Source: Tubiluchus corallicola (taxonomy: Eukaryota > Animalia > Priapulida). Taken from it: a stretch of 64,000 nt of DNA. The first letter of the stretch is position 1. Every line of letters starts with the position of its first letter. The notes below the pieces were generated by a model. That model did not search any database and had not been told where the DNA came from. It saw only the letters and a program-made list of their open reading frames with translations. The stretch spans positions 124,001 through 188,000 of the forward strand of contig JAQGDQ010000217.1 in NCBI GenBank assembly GCA_030141605.1, in the 5' to 3' direction. Shown here in pieces: positions 22,601 through 32,171 of the stretch. A program made the position numbers and the translations under genes.

Positions 22601-25600
22601 AAGCACTGGCATCAACTTGATCACATCTTGGCTTGTAAGAAAACCATGAGTGACAACAACATCCGTGTGACCAAAGCAAGTCTAACTGCAGACTGTTTCA
22701 CGGATCACAGATTGTTGGTGTGCAAATGTTCATTCATGCTACAGAAACCTGCTCGCCCTCAGCGTCCACCAAAGAGGTTCAATGTCGAAGTTGACGAAGG
22801 CAAAGAATCCAAACTGCAGGTTTATCTTGCCAATGTTTTGAGTGATTGTAGACCATCTTGGGATGAAACCAAGGAAATCCTACTCAACAGTGCAGAAGCT
22901 GTGTTCGGTAAACAAGGAAATCGCAACCGAGACTGGTTCAACGAGCTTGAAATCGGTGCACTAGTCAAGGACAAGAAAAACAGGCGTGAGCTCAGAAATC
23001 ATCCGACTTATGAAGAATCAGTGGTTCCAGGACCGAGCCAATGAAGTTGAAAGACACGCCCAAATGAAGAATTTCCGGGAATTCTACGCTTCTCTCAATG
23101 CCGTTTATGGTCCGACATCGCGTTGTAACCATCCTATCAAATCTATTGCTGATGACACTCTCAACTCATCCAATGATATCCAGAATCGTTGGATGGAGCA
23201 CTTCAGCACTTTACTGAATCAAACTACCGACGCTGACTTTACTATCTTGGATGAAATACCTCAGTTATCAGCCATCGATGAGATGGATGGACTAGTTACC
23301 CTCGAGGAACTCAAGTACTCTATTCGCCGTATCAAGCGACGGAAAAGCCCTGGACCTGATGGTGTCCCACCAGAGGTTATCATCCATGGCGGTGCTTCTC
23401 TCCAGAATCATCTTTTGGAGCTCTTCAACGTTATTTGGAGGACTGGTGATATGCCTCGTGACTTTGTCAATGCTAACATCACCATTTTGTTCAAAAAGGG
23501 TGTTCGCAGTGATTGCGGTAACTATCGTGGCATTTCCTTACTCAGTGTTGTCGGAAAGCTTTTTGCAGACATTCTTCTCGTTCGGCTGGACAAGATTTTG
23601 GAGCGTATCTACCCAGAGTCTCAGTCAGGGTATCGACGGGATCGCAGTACCATTGATGGTATTTTTACGATTCGTCAGCTGATGGAGAAAACGAGAGAGC
23701 ATAGAACATCAATGCATATTGCCTTTATCGACTTTACAAAGGCATTTGACTGTGTCAATCGCGAACTGCTGTACAAGGTGCTTTCAAAGTGTGGATGCCC
23801 AGATCGATTTACAAGTATGGTAAAAGCTCTGCACACTGATATGCTAGCGCGTCTCTCTGTCAATGGCCAGCTTAGTGATCCTGTAGAATACAACAGCGGT
23901 GTGAAACAAGGCTGCAAGTTAGCTCCATCTCTTTTCGAACTTTTCGCTGCAGTCCTTTTGCAGGTAGCCTTCGGCAGACTTGGCTCGACGAAGAGCATTC
24001 ATGTTCGATTCAGATATGATGGAGACATTTTTGACCTACGTCGACTCAAAGCAAGGACGAAGACACGAATGATGTTCCTGCGTGAAGCACAATATGCCGA
24101 TGACATAGCTATCTTCTCTGACAACCCGGAAGACCTTCAGGATCTCATCGACATTTACAATGAAACTGCAAAGAGAATGGGACTGCGCATTAACAAAAGG
24201 AAGACTGAGACAATGAGTGTCGGCTCTAGTGACAGTGTCAATTTTACCATTGACGGAGAACAGCTTGGAAGTGTGCAACGGTTCAAATATCTCAGAAGTT
24301 ACATCTGTTCAGATACTCGATTGGATACTGAGCTTCATGCAAGAATTAATGCTGCAGCCAGCTCTTTCGGCCGTATGAGGAAACGTGTCTTCGATAACCA
24401 TGACCTTACCATCGCCACTAAACTGCAGGTGTACAAGCAATGCATCATTCCGCAGCTTACCTATGGTCAGGAAACGTGGACGCTCTATCAAGATCAGGTC
24501 AGGTCTCTTCGTGCGGTTCAGCAGAGACATCTGCGTCACATCCTTCGTATTCGCTGGGACGACTATGTGCCAAACGAAGACGTGCATGCTCGTGCCAAGA
24601 TGGAAGATATCGAGGTTACGCTTACTAAGGCTCAACTTCGGTGGTTTGGGCATGTGGTCAGAATGAACGATAAGAGACCGACAAAGGCCCTTCTCCATGG
24701 AGAACTAACCAGTGGCTCTCGCAGTGTTGGTCGTCCTCTCCTTCGCTTCAAGGACAAGGTGAAGTTCTCTCTGAGGAAAGGTGGAATGTTGGACAAGCTG
24801 CCTTTCGCAGTTCACGACCGTCCTGCATGGAGATCCCTAGTCAACAACTGTGTCGAAAAACTCGATGAAGAAAGACGGATGCTTGGATACGCAAGAAGGT
24901 TCAAGTCGTGGATAAGAGATGGTTTCATGGACATCTGACTCGCACTGATTTAGCCGTATCGGCTTCGACGTTGTACTGCTTGATGGTGCAAAATGATAAT
25001 GTGATAATGTCATCTTCTAGTTCTTTCCCCACAGACACTTTTCTAATGTATCTAAAATCTTCTTTGCATAGGAAAGTATGAGTAAGCATCTGCACTTAGT
25101 GTCCTTGTCAAGCGGACACTGTACATGTCCATCATTATTTGCTTTAGCTTTATTTCTGCATTCATTTTTTTGATAAATATGTAATGCTTGGTATACCTGC
25201 TTAATCTTTTCATTTTTTTCCTTGAACAGATTGCTCATATAGGCACCGTTAGCATTTGTCTTAAAGCAAGTTTTTTTGGTTAACAAAAAACTTTTCTAGT
25301 AAAGATCTCCATGCGTACCAAGGCCTGACAGAAAATGTAGAAGACATTTGTGTGTAACTGTGTCGAATTTTTCTCCTTATACTTCATAGACCATAAACCT
25401 GAAAGACAATTAGTTAATGGGCGAATAAAGCAGTCCATGCTTAGTAGCATAAGATAGCATATTTACTGTGTATTATACGTATATACTAATATTAAACATT
25501 TCAAATTGATTTTTAACACTTTTGCTAATTATCTTTCTATTTTCAGCTTCACAAACGTCTATGACACCAAAACCATCTCAGGGTATTAAAGACACGGCTC

Positions 25601-25653
25601 CTCGTAGATCATTGAACCTCGAAGCTTATAAAAAACGTCGTGGTTTGATATGA
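7985..25653 (+). CDS. RTF1: RNA polymerase-associated protein RTF1 (PAF1 complex, Plus3 domain), 14 exons, about 699 aa
   Basis: Exons 7985-8065, 9304-9408, 9622-9757, 11041-11224, 11562-11785, 13104-13269, 13857-13958, 14420-14593, 15270-15465, 15606-15863, 16863-17048, 17620-17661 (tentative), 18762-18900, 25547-25653; all GT-AG with consistent phases (2100 nt). RTF1 motifs: [21 protein letters not shown], Plus3 [48 protein letters not shown]-terminal [16 protein letters not shown]. Confidence 0.97.
18113..18516. mobile_element. Possible MITE with imperfect TIRs in an RTF1 intron
   Basis: CAGTTTCACAGGGCTGCGATTTTTG versus reverse complement of the right end CAAGGTTTCATGGAGTTTGCGACTTTG. Confidence 0.35.
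19608..19631. repeat. (AT)n microsatellite
   Basis: About 12 AT units. Confidence 0.9.
21263..21373 (+). ncRNA. HDV-like self-cleaving ribozyme in the RTE 5' UTR
   Basis: P2 21308-21318/21362-21373 (one bulge); P3 GCA/CGC; L3 TCCTAGT; P1 3' strand GGGGGT; P1.1 CC/GG; P4 TGCTGC-GGGA-GCAGTA; catalytic C21358 followed by TAA. The P1 5' strand is ambiguous (GCCTCT 21263 or GCCCTC 21279). Confidence 0.68.
21338..21513 (+). repeat. 88-bp tandem duplication in the RTE 5' UTR
   Basis: 21338-21425 and 21426-21513 differ at only two positions (21386/21474, 21396/21484). Confidence 0.95.
21622..21882 (+). CDS. Short upstream ORF of the RTE element (candidate ORF1, 86 aa)
   Basis: ATG-initiated ORF overlapping the start of the APE-RT frame; short overlapping first ORFs are described for RTE elements; no recognisable domain. 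Confidence 0.3.
   Translation: MACKSGNSSSGMAWLIEKLAVHFADSACFLVVFTAVQQIMSAAVVSLHAADLHSICQVEVDFERPFLLARKRLSANSFLHDDDYDK
21860..23044 (+). CDS. RTE apurinic-like endonuclease domain (5' part of frameshifted APE-RT ORF)
   Basis: APE motifs [38 protein letters not shown]; first in-frame ATG at 21860. Confidence 0.9.
   Translation: MMMTTTNDDNTMLPRPGEPTRRPVATVRNLRSPQPKNLLSLGCWNVRTTNDNNGNLRPERATAIICEALNDVNIDICAVSEVRRPGEGNVVEKTHTIYWSGGVHQVAGVGFAVSNKLQLESQPLAINDRLMMLKLRLQDRSFLTLFSVYGPTLQCSNHEKESFYDNLTAHARQAANDGKVIILGDMNARVGRDSMTWPGVLGKHGTGNMNSNGLLLLEFCARMEFSVTGSFFRLHDRMKTTWQHARSKHWHQLDHILACKKTMSDNNIRVTKASLTADCFTDHRLLVCKCSFMLQKPARPQRPPKRFNVEVDEGKESKLQVYLANVLSDCRPSWDETKEILLNSAEAVFGKQGNRNRDWFNELEIGALVKDKKNRRELRNHPTYEESVVPGPSQ
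22986..24938 (+). CDS. RTE reverse transcriptase (3' part of frameshifted APE-RT ORF)
   Basis: [42 protein letters not shown], and RTE-type C-terminus LRWFGHV.RM...R..K.LL.GEL...R..GRP..RFKD. Confidence 0.93.
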   Translation: MSSEIIRLMKNQWFQDRANEVERHAQMKNFREFYASLNAVYGPTSRCNHPIKSIADDTLNSSNDIQNRWMEHFSTLLNQTTDADFTILDEIPQLSAIDEMDGLVTLEELKYSIRRIKRRKSPGPDGVPPEVIIHGGASLQNHLLELFNVIWRTGDMPRDFVNANITILFKKGVRSDCGNYRGISLLSVVGKLFADILLVRLDKILERIYPESQSGYRRDRSTIDGIFTIRQLMEKTREHRTSMHIAFIDFTKAFDCVNRELLYKVLSKCGCPDRFTSMVKALHTDMLARLSVNGQLSDPVEYNSGVKQGCKLAPSLFELFAAVLLQVAFGRLGSTKSIHVRFRYDGDIFDLRRLKARTKTRMMFLREAQYADDIAIFSDNPEDLQDLIDIYNETAKRMGLRINKRKTETMSVGSSDSVNFTIDGEQLGSVQRFKYLRSYICSDTRLDTELHARINAAASSFGRMRKRVFDNHDLTIATKLQVYKQCIIPQLTYGQETWTLYQDQVRSLRAVQQRHLRHILRIRWDDYVPNEDVHARAKMEDIEVTLTKAQLRWFGHVVRMNDKRPTKALLHGELTSGSRSVGRPLLRFKDKVKFSLRKGGMLDKLPFAVHDRPAWRSLVNNCVEKLDEERRMLGYARRFKSWIRDGFMDI

Positions 25654-26468
25654 TGTTATCAGTAGCCAGAGCTTCGTGTAAATAACTGTTAATAGTTTTA
25701 TATTGTACAAAATGTTCATTTATATTATAGTTTTCTGATTAGCTGTATTATATGAAATTTTTATTACACCATATCACAAGTTTAGGTATTATTTCATCTA
25801 CAGGTGCAAAAACTAAAAATTCCCCAATAGAATTTGGAACAGCAAATGTGTGACTGTGATGAGTCCTCAAAAACATTCTTATTGAACCATTATGCAGGCT
25901 GTATTATTTTGTTTATAAACTTGCCAGCATTTATTTATTTTATTATAGTTAAATTTTAAGATGTACAGAAAATGTCTCCATTTTTAGAACGTAATTAATA
26001 CTAATTATGCAAAAATTGGTATGTGTGTAAAGTTGTATACCTTTTGAGGATGTAAAAGTTCTATAGGGGCCTACTTTTTGTAGTTCCACGTAGGGCCTAG
26101 TGTTCCATCTGATTTTCACTTTTTGTACAATAGTATGTAATTGTAGTAATGCTTTAGGTTTGCCTAAATTTTTACATAAATGTTGGTTATACTCAAGCAA
26201 TTAACAGCTTTCAGTGTCATTCACACAAATGAAATGATTTAAGATGCAGAATAGTGTACAGGTGTATATATTTGTACATTTTGAATCAGATTAGCTACAA
26301 ATGATTGGAAAATGTTTTGTTTGTGGTAACATATAGAAGCAGGTTACTGTATAATTTCTGCTGATATTCAGTTTGTTTACTAAGTTAGGTTTGTTTACCA
26401 GCTTGGTGCCACCAGAAGGCCAAATATTTGCAATGTAAATAAAAATGCAGTTATTATTCTGTTTTGTA

Positions 26469-26474
26469 AATAAA
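26469..26474 (+). terminator. Candidate RTF1 polyadenylation signal
   Basis: AATAAA (second copy at 26438) followed by a GT/T-rich tract near 26500. Confidence 0.4.
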
Positions 26475-26799
26475 TTTATATTACCATACAGATATTGCAT
26501 CTTTCTGTTTGATTGTGATTAGTTTGGCATGTGCTTAAAAATGAAGCACATCACATGGTGACTATTTGTGGAGAATATCAGTGTGGTAACAGTCACTAAT
26601 TAAAATATAGTGTTTAGTTTTTGCAAAAACGAATTCCCTGCCATTTTACATTGCTGACTACAAAAAACTGTACCTCGCACATCAGTTGTAAATTATGTTG
26701 GTGTCACCCTCTAATAAATGAGACAGTTTTATTTTGAATAAATTAATCAAGTGATAACAGCTCATAAGAGATCTTCAAAAACATGTTTTGAAGGTTTAT

Positions 26800-28010
26800 A
26801 GCTTCATTTCAAAGAAAATTGTTTCCTAAAAATTTTTAAATTTTTTCCACAGAAAAACCATTTCCCAGAAAACTTCTAGAAATATTTTTCCTAGAAAATT
26901 CGTTTCACAAAAAATGCATTTCCCAAAAAAGATTTTTTAACAGAAAAATCTTCATTACTTTTTAATTGCAAGATCTGCAATTTTTATTGAGATAAAGTCT
27001 TCGATTTCTAATTTATTTTCCCTCGTCCTCTCCTATGTGCATCATCTTCCCTCCCTCTCTCTTCCCAGTCTTTCTCCCCTATTCGCTCGTCCTCTTCTAC
27101 TTTCTCTTTTGTCTTTATCACTTCCTCTCTCTCGGTCCCTGCCTCCCTCCTCCACTCGCTCTCTCTTTCTGCCACACACGTGTATAATCATTTCAAATTC
27201 AACTGATTTTCGTAGGATTTGAATTAAAGTGTAATAAACAATAGAGAAAATGAAAACACTGAGAGTTAGCGAGCCATAGTCAGATTTGTGAACATCTTGT
27301 AGTATGAATTTACCCAATAAATTATGCTTTACAGGTCTTTGTTGCACGCAAGCCATTAAGCAAAACTCAACTAGCAATTACTTTATGGTAGGACCAGATC
27401 CTAGTCCATTATTAAGATAATCTTCTAAGATTAAACATTGAATTGGTAGCGGTGTCTCACGGTCACTTTCGGATGCATGTACATCCTCCCCAAATGAATG
27501 AGTCAATTTGGCATCGCAGTGAAAGCAACTGTGTAAAAGAGAGATTCCTAAGCGGTCATTCAACCACATCAGTTACCAGGCTCGGCATTGCTAACTTCGG
27601 TACGGTCAGCACAAATCGTGACCACTCGAGTATATCCCTCTCGTCCCAACATGAACAAGTGTGTGCCAAGTTTCATCTAACAAAATCCCATATTAGTTTT
27701 ACTTTTTTAGCCTTTTTTCTCCCGATTGAAATAGCAGTGCAAAAGTTATTTCTATTTCGTCGGTTATAACAACAGCTGTACCGTTGGGTAGCGCAGCAAG
27801 AAAGGTGACGCATGCTTAAGCAGGCTAGCTGTTAATTGTCTAATTTACGCTGAAGCCAAGTACTCTACTAATGCGAGTTGACCAATTTTTTTATCGTAGG
27901 ATCCATTTCACTCAGTACACTGCAATATCTTCATCAGTAGGTTTTTCTGTCAAAATAATTTCGGTGAATTTTTTTCTAACAACAATTTTTTCTGGGAAAT
28001 GAGTCTACCC
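26800..28010. mobile_element. Possible non-autonomous DNA transposon with subterminal short repeats
   Basis: Repeated TTTCC(C/T)AGAAAA-like units at 26820-26950 and inverted TTTTCTGGGAAATG near 27987-28000; internal CT-rich tract; boundaries approximate. Confidence 0.35.
27015..27172. repeat. CT-rich low-complexity (polypyrimidine) tract
   Basis: Degenerate (CT)n; explains spurious ORFs 27037-27222 and 27042-27377. Confidence 0.8.
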
Positions 28011-31000
28011 CTTATTATGGTCTATCCCGTTTAGAAAGTGTTTACATTTCATTGATTATCATTATAGTAGTTCAGCAATCATATAGTCTGCTCAAATTCA
28101 GCCAAATATTCTGAAAATTGAGCAAACTAAACCAAAACGAATTTACTTGTAAAGCTGTTTTTAAATAAATGGCAGTAAGACCTTCCCGTTTCTTAGCAAC
28201 GTAGATTGTCAGTAAATAGGTGACTGCAATGTATATTGTCAAATCCTATGGTCAAGCCCACATGCTTGATAGTGACAATTTCACGATGTACTATCGTATA
28301 GAGCCCTAAACCATGGTCCACATTATCCTGTAGACTATTACAGGCTGCAGCCTAGAGCCCAAGCTTGGGATTCCTAAAAGTTATCAGGTGATAACAGAAC
28401 AGTGGTATGGTTGCACATGTATTAACATGTGTGGTAATTTGGTTTGCAATAAATTGTAAAACAGTGGTATTTTTTAAAGAATATTTTTATTGACAAACGA
28501 AAGATAGCTATTCTAGTTTATTTTAAGAACAAGTTTACTTCAAGCTGTGTAAATGTCGCTGAAATATATCAGGATAAAAATATTCAAGACGGGTGGGGGA
28601 GAGTTAGTGGCGGTGGTTGCGTCCGAGGGGGGCACAATTTCATTAGCCTATGAGTCCTAAAAGGTCATAATCCGGCGTTGCCGAGGCCAGAGTAATATCA
28701 TGCTATTTGTCGCCACTTATGCAAGGTTATGATTGTACTGTTGTTTTAATTTATAAACTTCCTGTTGTATTAAGGGGAACATTTCATGAGTTTTCATCGA
28801 CAACACAAATGTGGTCGATCTGTCATGGACTAACTGATATAGGATAATGTAGTTTCAGACTCTTTTCCTTTGTTCTTGTTTTATACAGCTAAGCACTGAG
28901 CAAGCTTCCGCGGCGGGGCCTGCACATTATATTGAAGCTTATGGCTGAACTCGTCTCAGCATTTAAGGAAATTTTTCTGAGTTCAGACATCCATTATTAA
29001 CATAATGTGCATGTAACTTTTTTTCAACAAAGTAAAATCGAAAAGCAAGGGAAATATGGCTGCACTATGAAACCGCCAAGAAGCAAATTTTCTCTATGTT
29101 CACCCTTCCACTTACTACTCAGATTCAGGGTTGCTACGCTTTACATGTCGTGACTACTGGTGTACTCATCATCACCTTACAATATTCATACAATGTTTTA
29201 ACGTTAACTTTATTGAAATTCAGACTAGCCATATTATTATTGGTAAACAATGTTATCGACCTATAATATCTCGATAATGGTTGATCCAGTTATTGCAATG
29301 GAAATACCTACGCTGCTCTGGGATGCCAGCATTTAGTCCACAAACTAGTTTCTAAAGTTGTCAGCTTACCCGATACTAGGACGATTTCAATGTTAAGCGT
29401 TTATTATAAGGCGACAAACTTGTCAAATGTAAAGATCTGATAATTTGTATTTACTTATTACGGTGTTTTGGTGCAGTTTCCGCGTGACCTTGAGATTCTG
29501 CACCGTCATGTTGCGAACGAAGCTAGGCTCCCAAGCCGACAGCGGTTATTTACGTGAAATTACTGGGTCAAGTTATGCGAGTCAATATACAGTACCATAT
29601 AGACGTAGTATAACATGCAGTAGCATAGCAGCACTGTACAAGCTAGTCACTAAACCATTACATTATGCATCAGTATTTTCTGGAATTCTGAGAATTCCCA
29701 AGCGGATGTTCGTTTTACAATTACAAAGACGTATCTTTACATACGTATAATAACAGATTAAACTCAGTAATTTTTGATATAGAGGATTTTACTTATTATA
29801 TGACACAGTTTTCAAGTTTCTCCAAAACAGTACTTATTATACGATGGTAAAGGTGACAAAGTAGTCATCAGGCTTTCAACTTTCATTATAAAAACAATAT
29901 AAAATTATTTATTTTAAACTGCTTAATTGAAAGCAGGCAACATCACGTTAATTTAAAATGTCAGTACACCACATGCGTTAAACATCCCAAGATACTATGT
30001 ACAACTTATTACAGCTTGATTTTCCAAAAAATATTTTCAATTTGTTCGCTGTTACAAGTATCTGCATGTCAAGTAAATTAGGTCTGGCAACCTTACAGCA
30101 TTGCAGTGTTTTCTTAAAGACAGCACAGCACAACACAGTAAAACGCAATTAAAATTTGTGGTAAAATACAAAAAGAAATTGGCATCAACTGCACAATTTT
30201 GTTTCTTCTATGACAACCGCAGTTTTTATTTATTTTTGTTAAAAAACTTCTACATGCATTTTAGGTCTGAATATTACAGTAATACCCAGATCTAATTATT
30301 ACTCGTTCTGAAAGCGTGCCACAAGTCCACTTTTCATTAAAACTCATTATAAACGTGACCACAGTTTGAAAAAAATCAATTGCGTGTATATAATTTTATG
30401 ATGTGTCATTTGGCGAGGGGTTTTTGAGCAAATGTCCACTATACATGTCCCGGTAATCCTACAGCTAAGAAATTTCTAACAATTATTGGCCAAGTTTATG
30501 TGACTCGTTTTCCTGTATGTGATATCCAGACATTTACGAACTAGCAATATAAGCAATGTACAACATCTTAACATAATATTGGCAAGTTAACATTTATATA
30601 ATTATTTAATGCCACCTGTACTACCATTAGGTTTTGTAAAATAACAAAGGTATGCTATATTAGTTACAAATGCAACTAAGCCAATACTCATAATAAACTG
30701 GCTCTCAAAACAACATTTTAATAACTTACACAAATATATACATTTACTCAACTATTACAGGACAACTGACAACAAGAAAAATGAGGTATATGAGTGAAAG
30801 TAGTCAAAGTACAGATTTTTCGAAATCTTTTGCCTTGCCTACTGTAGTAGTTCATGTACAAAGTGAATAATTAGGCCAATTTGTCAAATTTATTTTGCAT
30901 GTGATTTTGTGTGTTTTTTAAAAAACAGCTCAGCAGAAGAAACCGTTATAGTTGATATAAAGTTTTGTGGAATTTTTACATTTATGTTAATATCAAAGGC

Positions 31001-31053
31001 TTTGAGAAGTGTCATCAGTACTACAGTTTTAACAGCAAGCACAACACTTTCTC

Positions 31054-31515
31054 TTAGTTAGCTACTTTTTTTGCCTTTTTCACCTTATAGTCTTCCAATG
31101 CAGCTTTAATAGCATCTTCTGCCAACATCGAGCAATGCAACTTCACAGGGGGCAAGCTCAATTCCTTTGCAATATCTGTGTTCTTAATACCCAAAGCCTC
31201 ATCTGTCGTTTTGCCTTTGACCCACTCGGTAGCCAATGAACTCGATGCTATTGCAGAGCCACAGCCGAAGGTTTTGAACCTAGCATCCACTATTTTACCA
31301 TCCTCACTGACCTTGATTTGCAGTTTCATCACATCACCACAAGCTGGTGCACCTACTAATCCTGTGCCAACGTTTTCTTCATTTTTCTCAAACTTGCCAA
31401 CATTGCGTGGATTTTCGTAGTGATCAATTACGTTTTTGTGATACTGTGCAGTAGTGGAAGCAACTGCACGATGCACAGGTGACCAAGATCTAAAAATGCC
31501 CCTATACAGTGCCAT
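31054..31515 (-). CDS. ISCU: Mitochondrial iron-sulfur cluster assembly scaffold IscU, 153 aa, single coding exon
   Basis: YH..VIDHYENPRNVG, GAPACGDVMKLQI, FGCGSAIASSS, LPPVKLHCSMLAEDAIKAA; Arg/Ser-rich N-terminal targeting-like peptide; ATG at 31515 (the track start at 31521 is TTG); probable 5' UTR intron 31551-31900. Confidence 0.98.
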   Translation of the reverse strand: MALYRGIFRSWSPVHRAVASTTAQYHKNVIDHYENPRNVGKFEKNEENVGTGLVGAPACGDVMKLQIKVSEDGKIVDARFKTFGCGSAIASSSLATEWVKGKTTDEALGIKNTDIAKELSLPPVKLHCSMLAEDAIKAALEDYKVKKAKKVAN

Positions 31516-31900
31516 ACTCAATGAGTATGAACTGTAAGCACCCGTAATGCCTGTTAAGAGAAGAATTCAACATACTACAAAGAATACTACATAGGCGAGA
31601 GCTGCAGCAGACTTAGTAGGCCTAATAATTAATACCTAATAAAGTTTAACAATAAAATAAAACCATAGCAGCCATAGAACAATCACAGTTAAGAAGACAA
31701 CAGTTTAAAACTATATACAAACTTTACAACAATGTGTAGGTCAATTTTATATTAATAACACAAAAATCGTAATTATAAAATCTGCTACTACGGCTTGCAC
31801 ACACTGCAGTGGGATTAGTATAAGTGGTGATTATTTTACAGTCACCTACAGATGTTATTCAAGTAATAAGTCAAATAATTATATAAAAATGCACACATAC

Positions 31901-32171
31901 TTGTTGTAAGCCAAGTGTGTAGCTTTTGTACACTTAATACACACCACCTTCCACAGAATCTTACACAGAAATGAAACAAAAATAACTACATGCCTTGCTT
32001 ACAGCAGTTCATGGTAAGTTGTATTTAACTACTGTTGCGCCATCTATATTATTTACATGTGACGTCACGTTAGCCATAAAAATAAGCATGGAAGATTTGA
32101 GTTGTTTCGTTTATTATGTACTCACATAAATTTTATAATTAACATAGCAAAACTACGATATACCAATAATA
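31901..32171. promoter_or_regulatory. Compact bidirectional promoter ISCU (-) / ATG2 (+)
   Basis: About 270 bp between the ISCU exon 1 donor and the ATG2 ATG; GCGCCATCT at 32037-32045, CATGTG E-box at 32056-32061 overlapping palindrome GTGACGTCAC (CRE) at 32059-32068. Confidence 0.6.

Larger units (their letters stand above)
21246..24975 (+). mobile_element. Near full-length RTE-clade non-LTR retrotransposon in the last RTF1 intron, same orientation as the host
   Basis: GC-rich island; APE plus RT coding region with very short 3' UTR; flanked by a perfect 13-bp direct repeat CTGCTTGATGGTG (21233-21245, 24976-24988), a probable TSD. Confidence 0.92.

Noticed and set aside
21775-24698. Several antisense and alternate-frame ORFs over the retrotransposon
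   Set aside because: Shadow ORFs of a GC-rich coding region with no recognisable motifs.
27378-27769. ORFs of 63 and 108 aa between RTF1 and ISCU
   Set aside because: Non-ATG starts, no recognisable domain, and inside a probable repeat element.
28935-28951. AAGCTTATGGCTGAACT resembles the U27 snoRNA guide/D' region as I recall it
   Set aside because: Mismatch within the guide and no upstream box C; probably coincidental.
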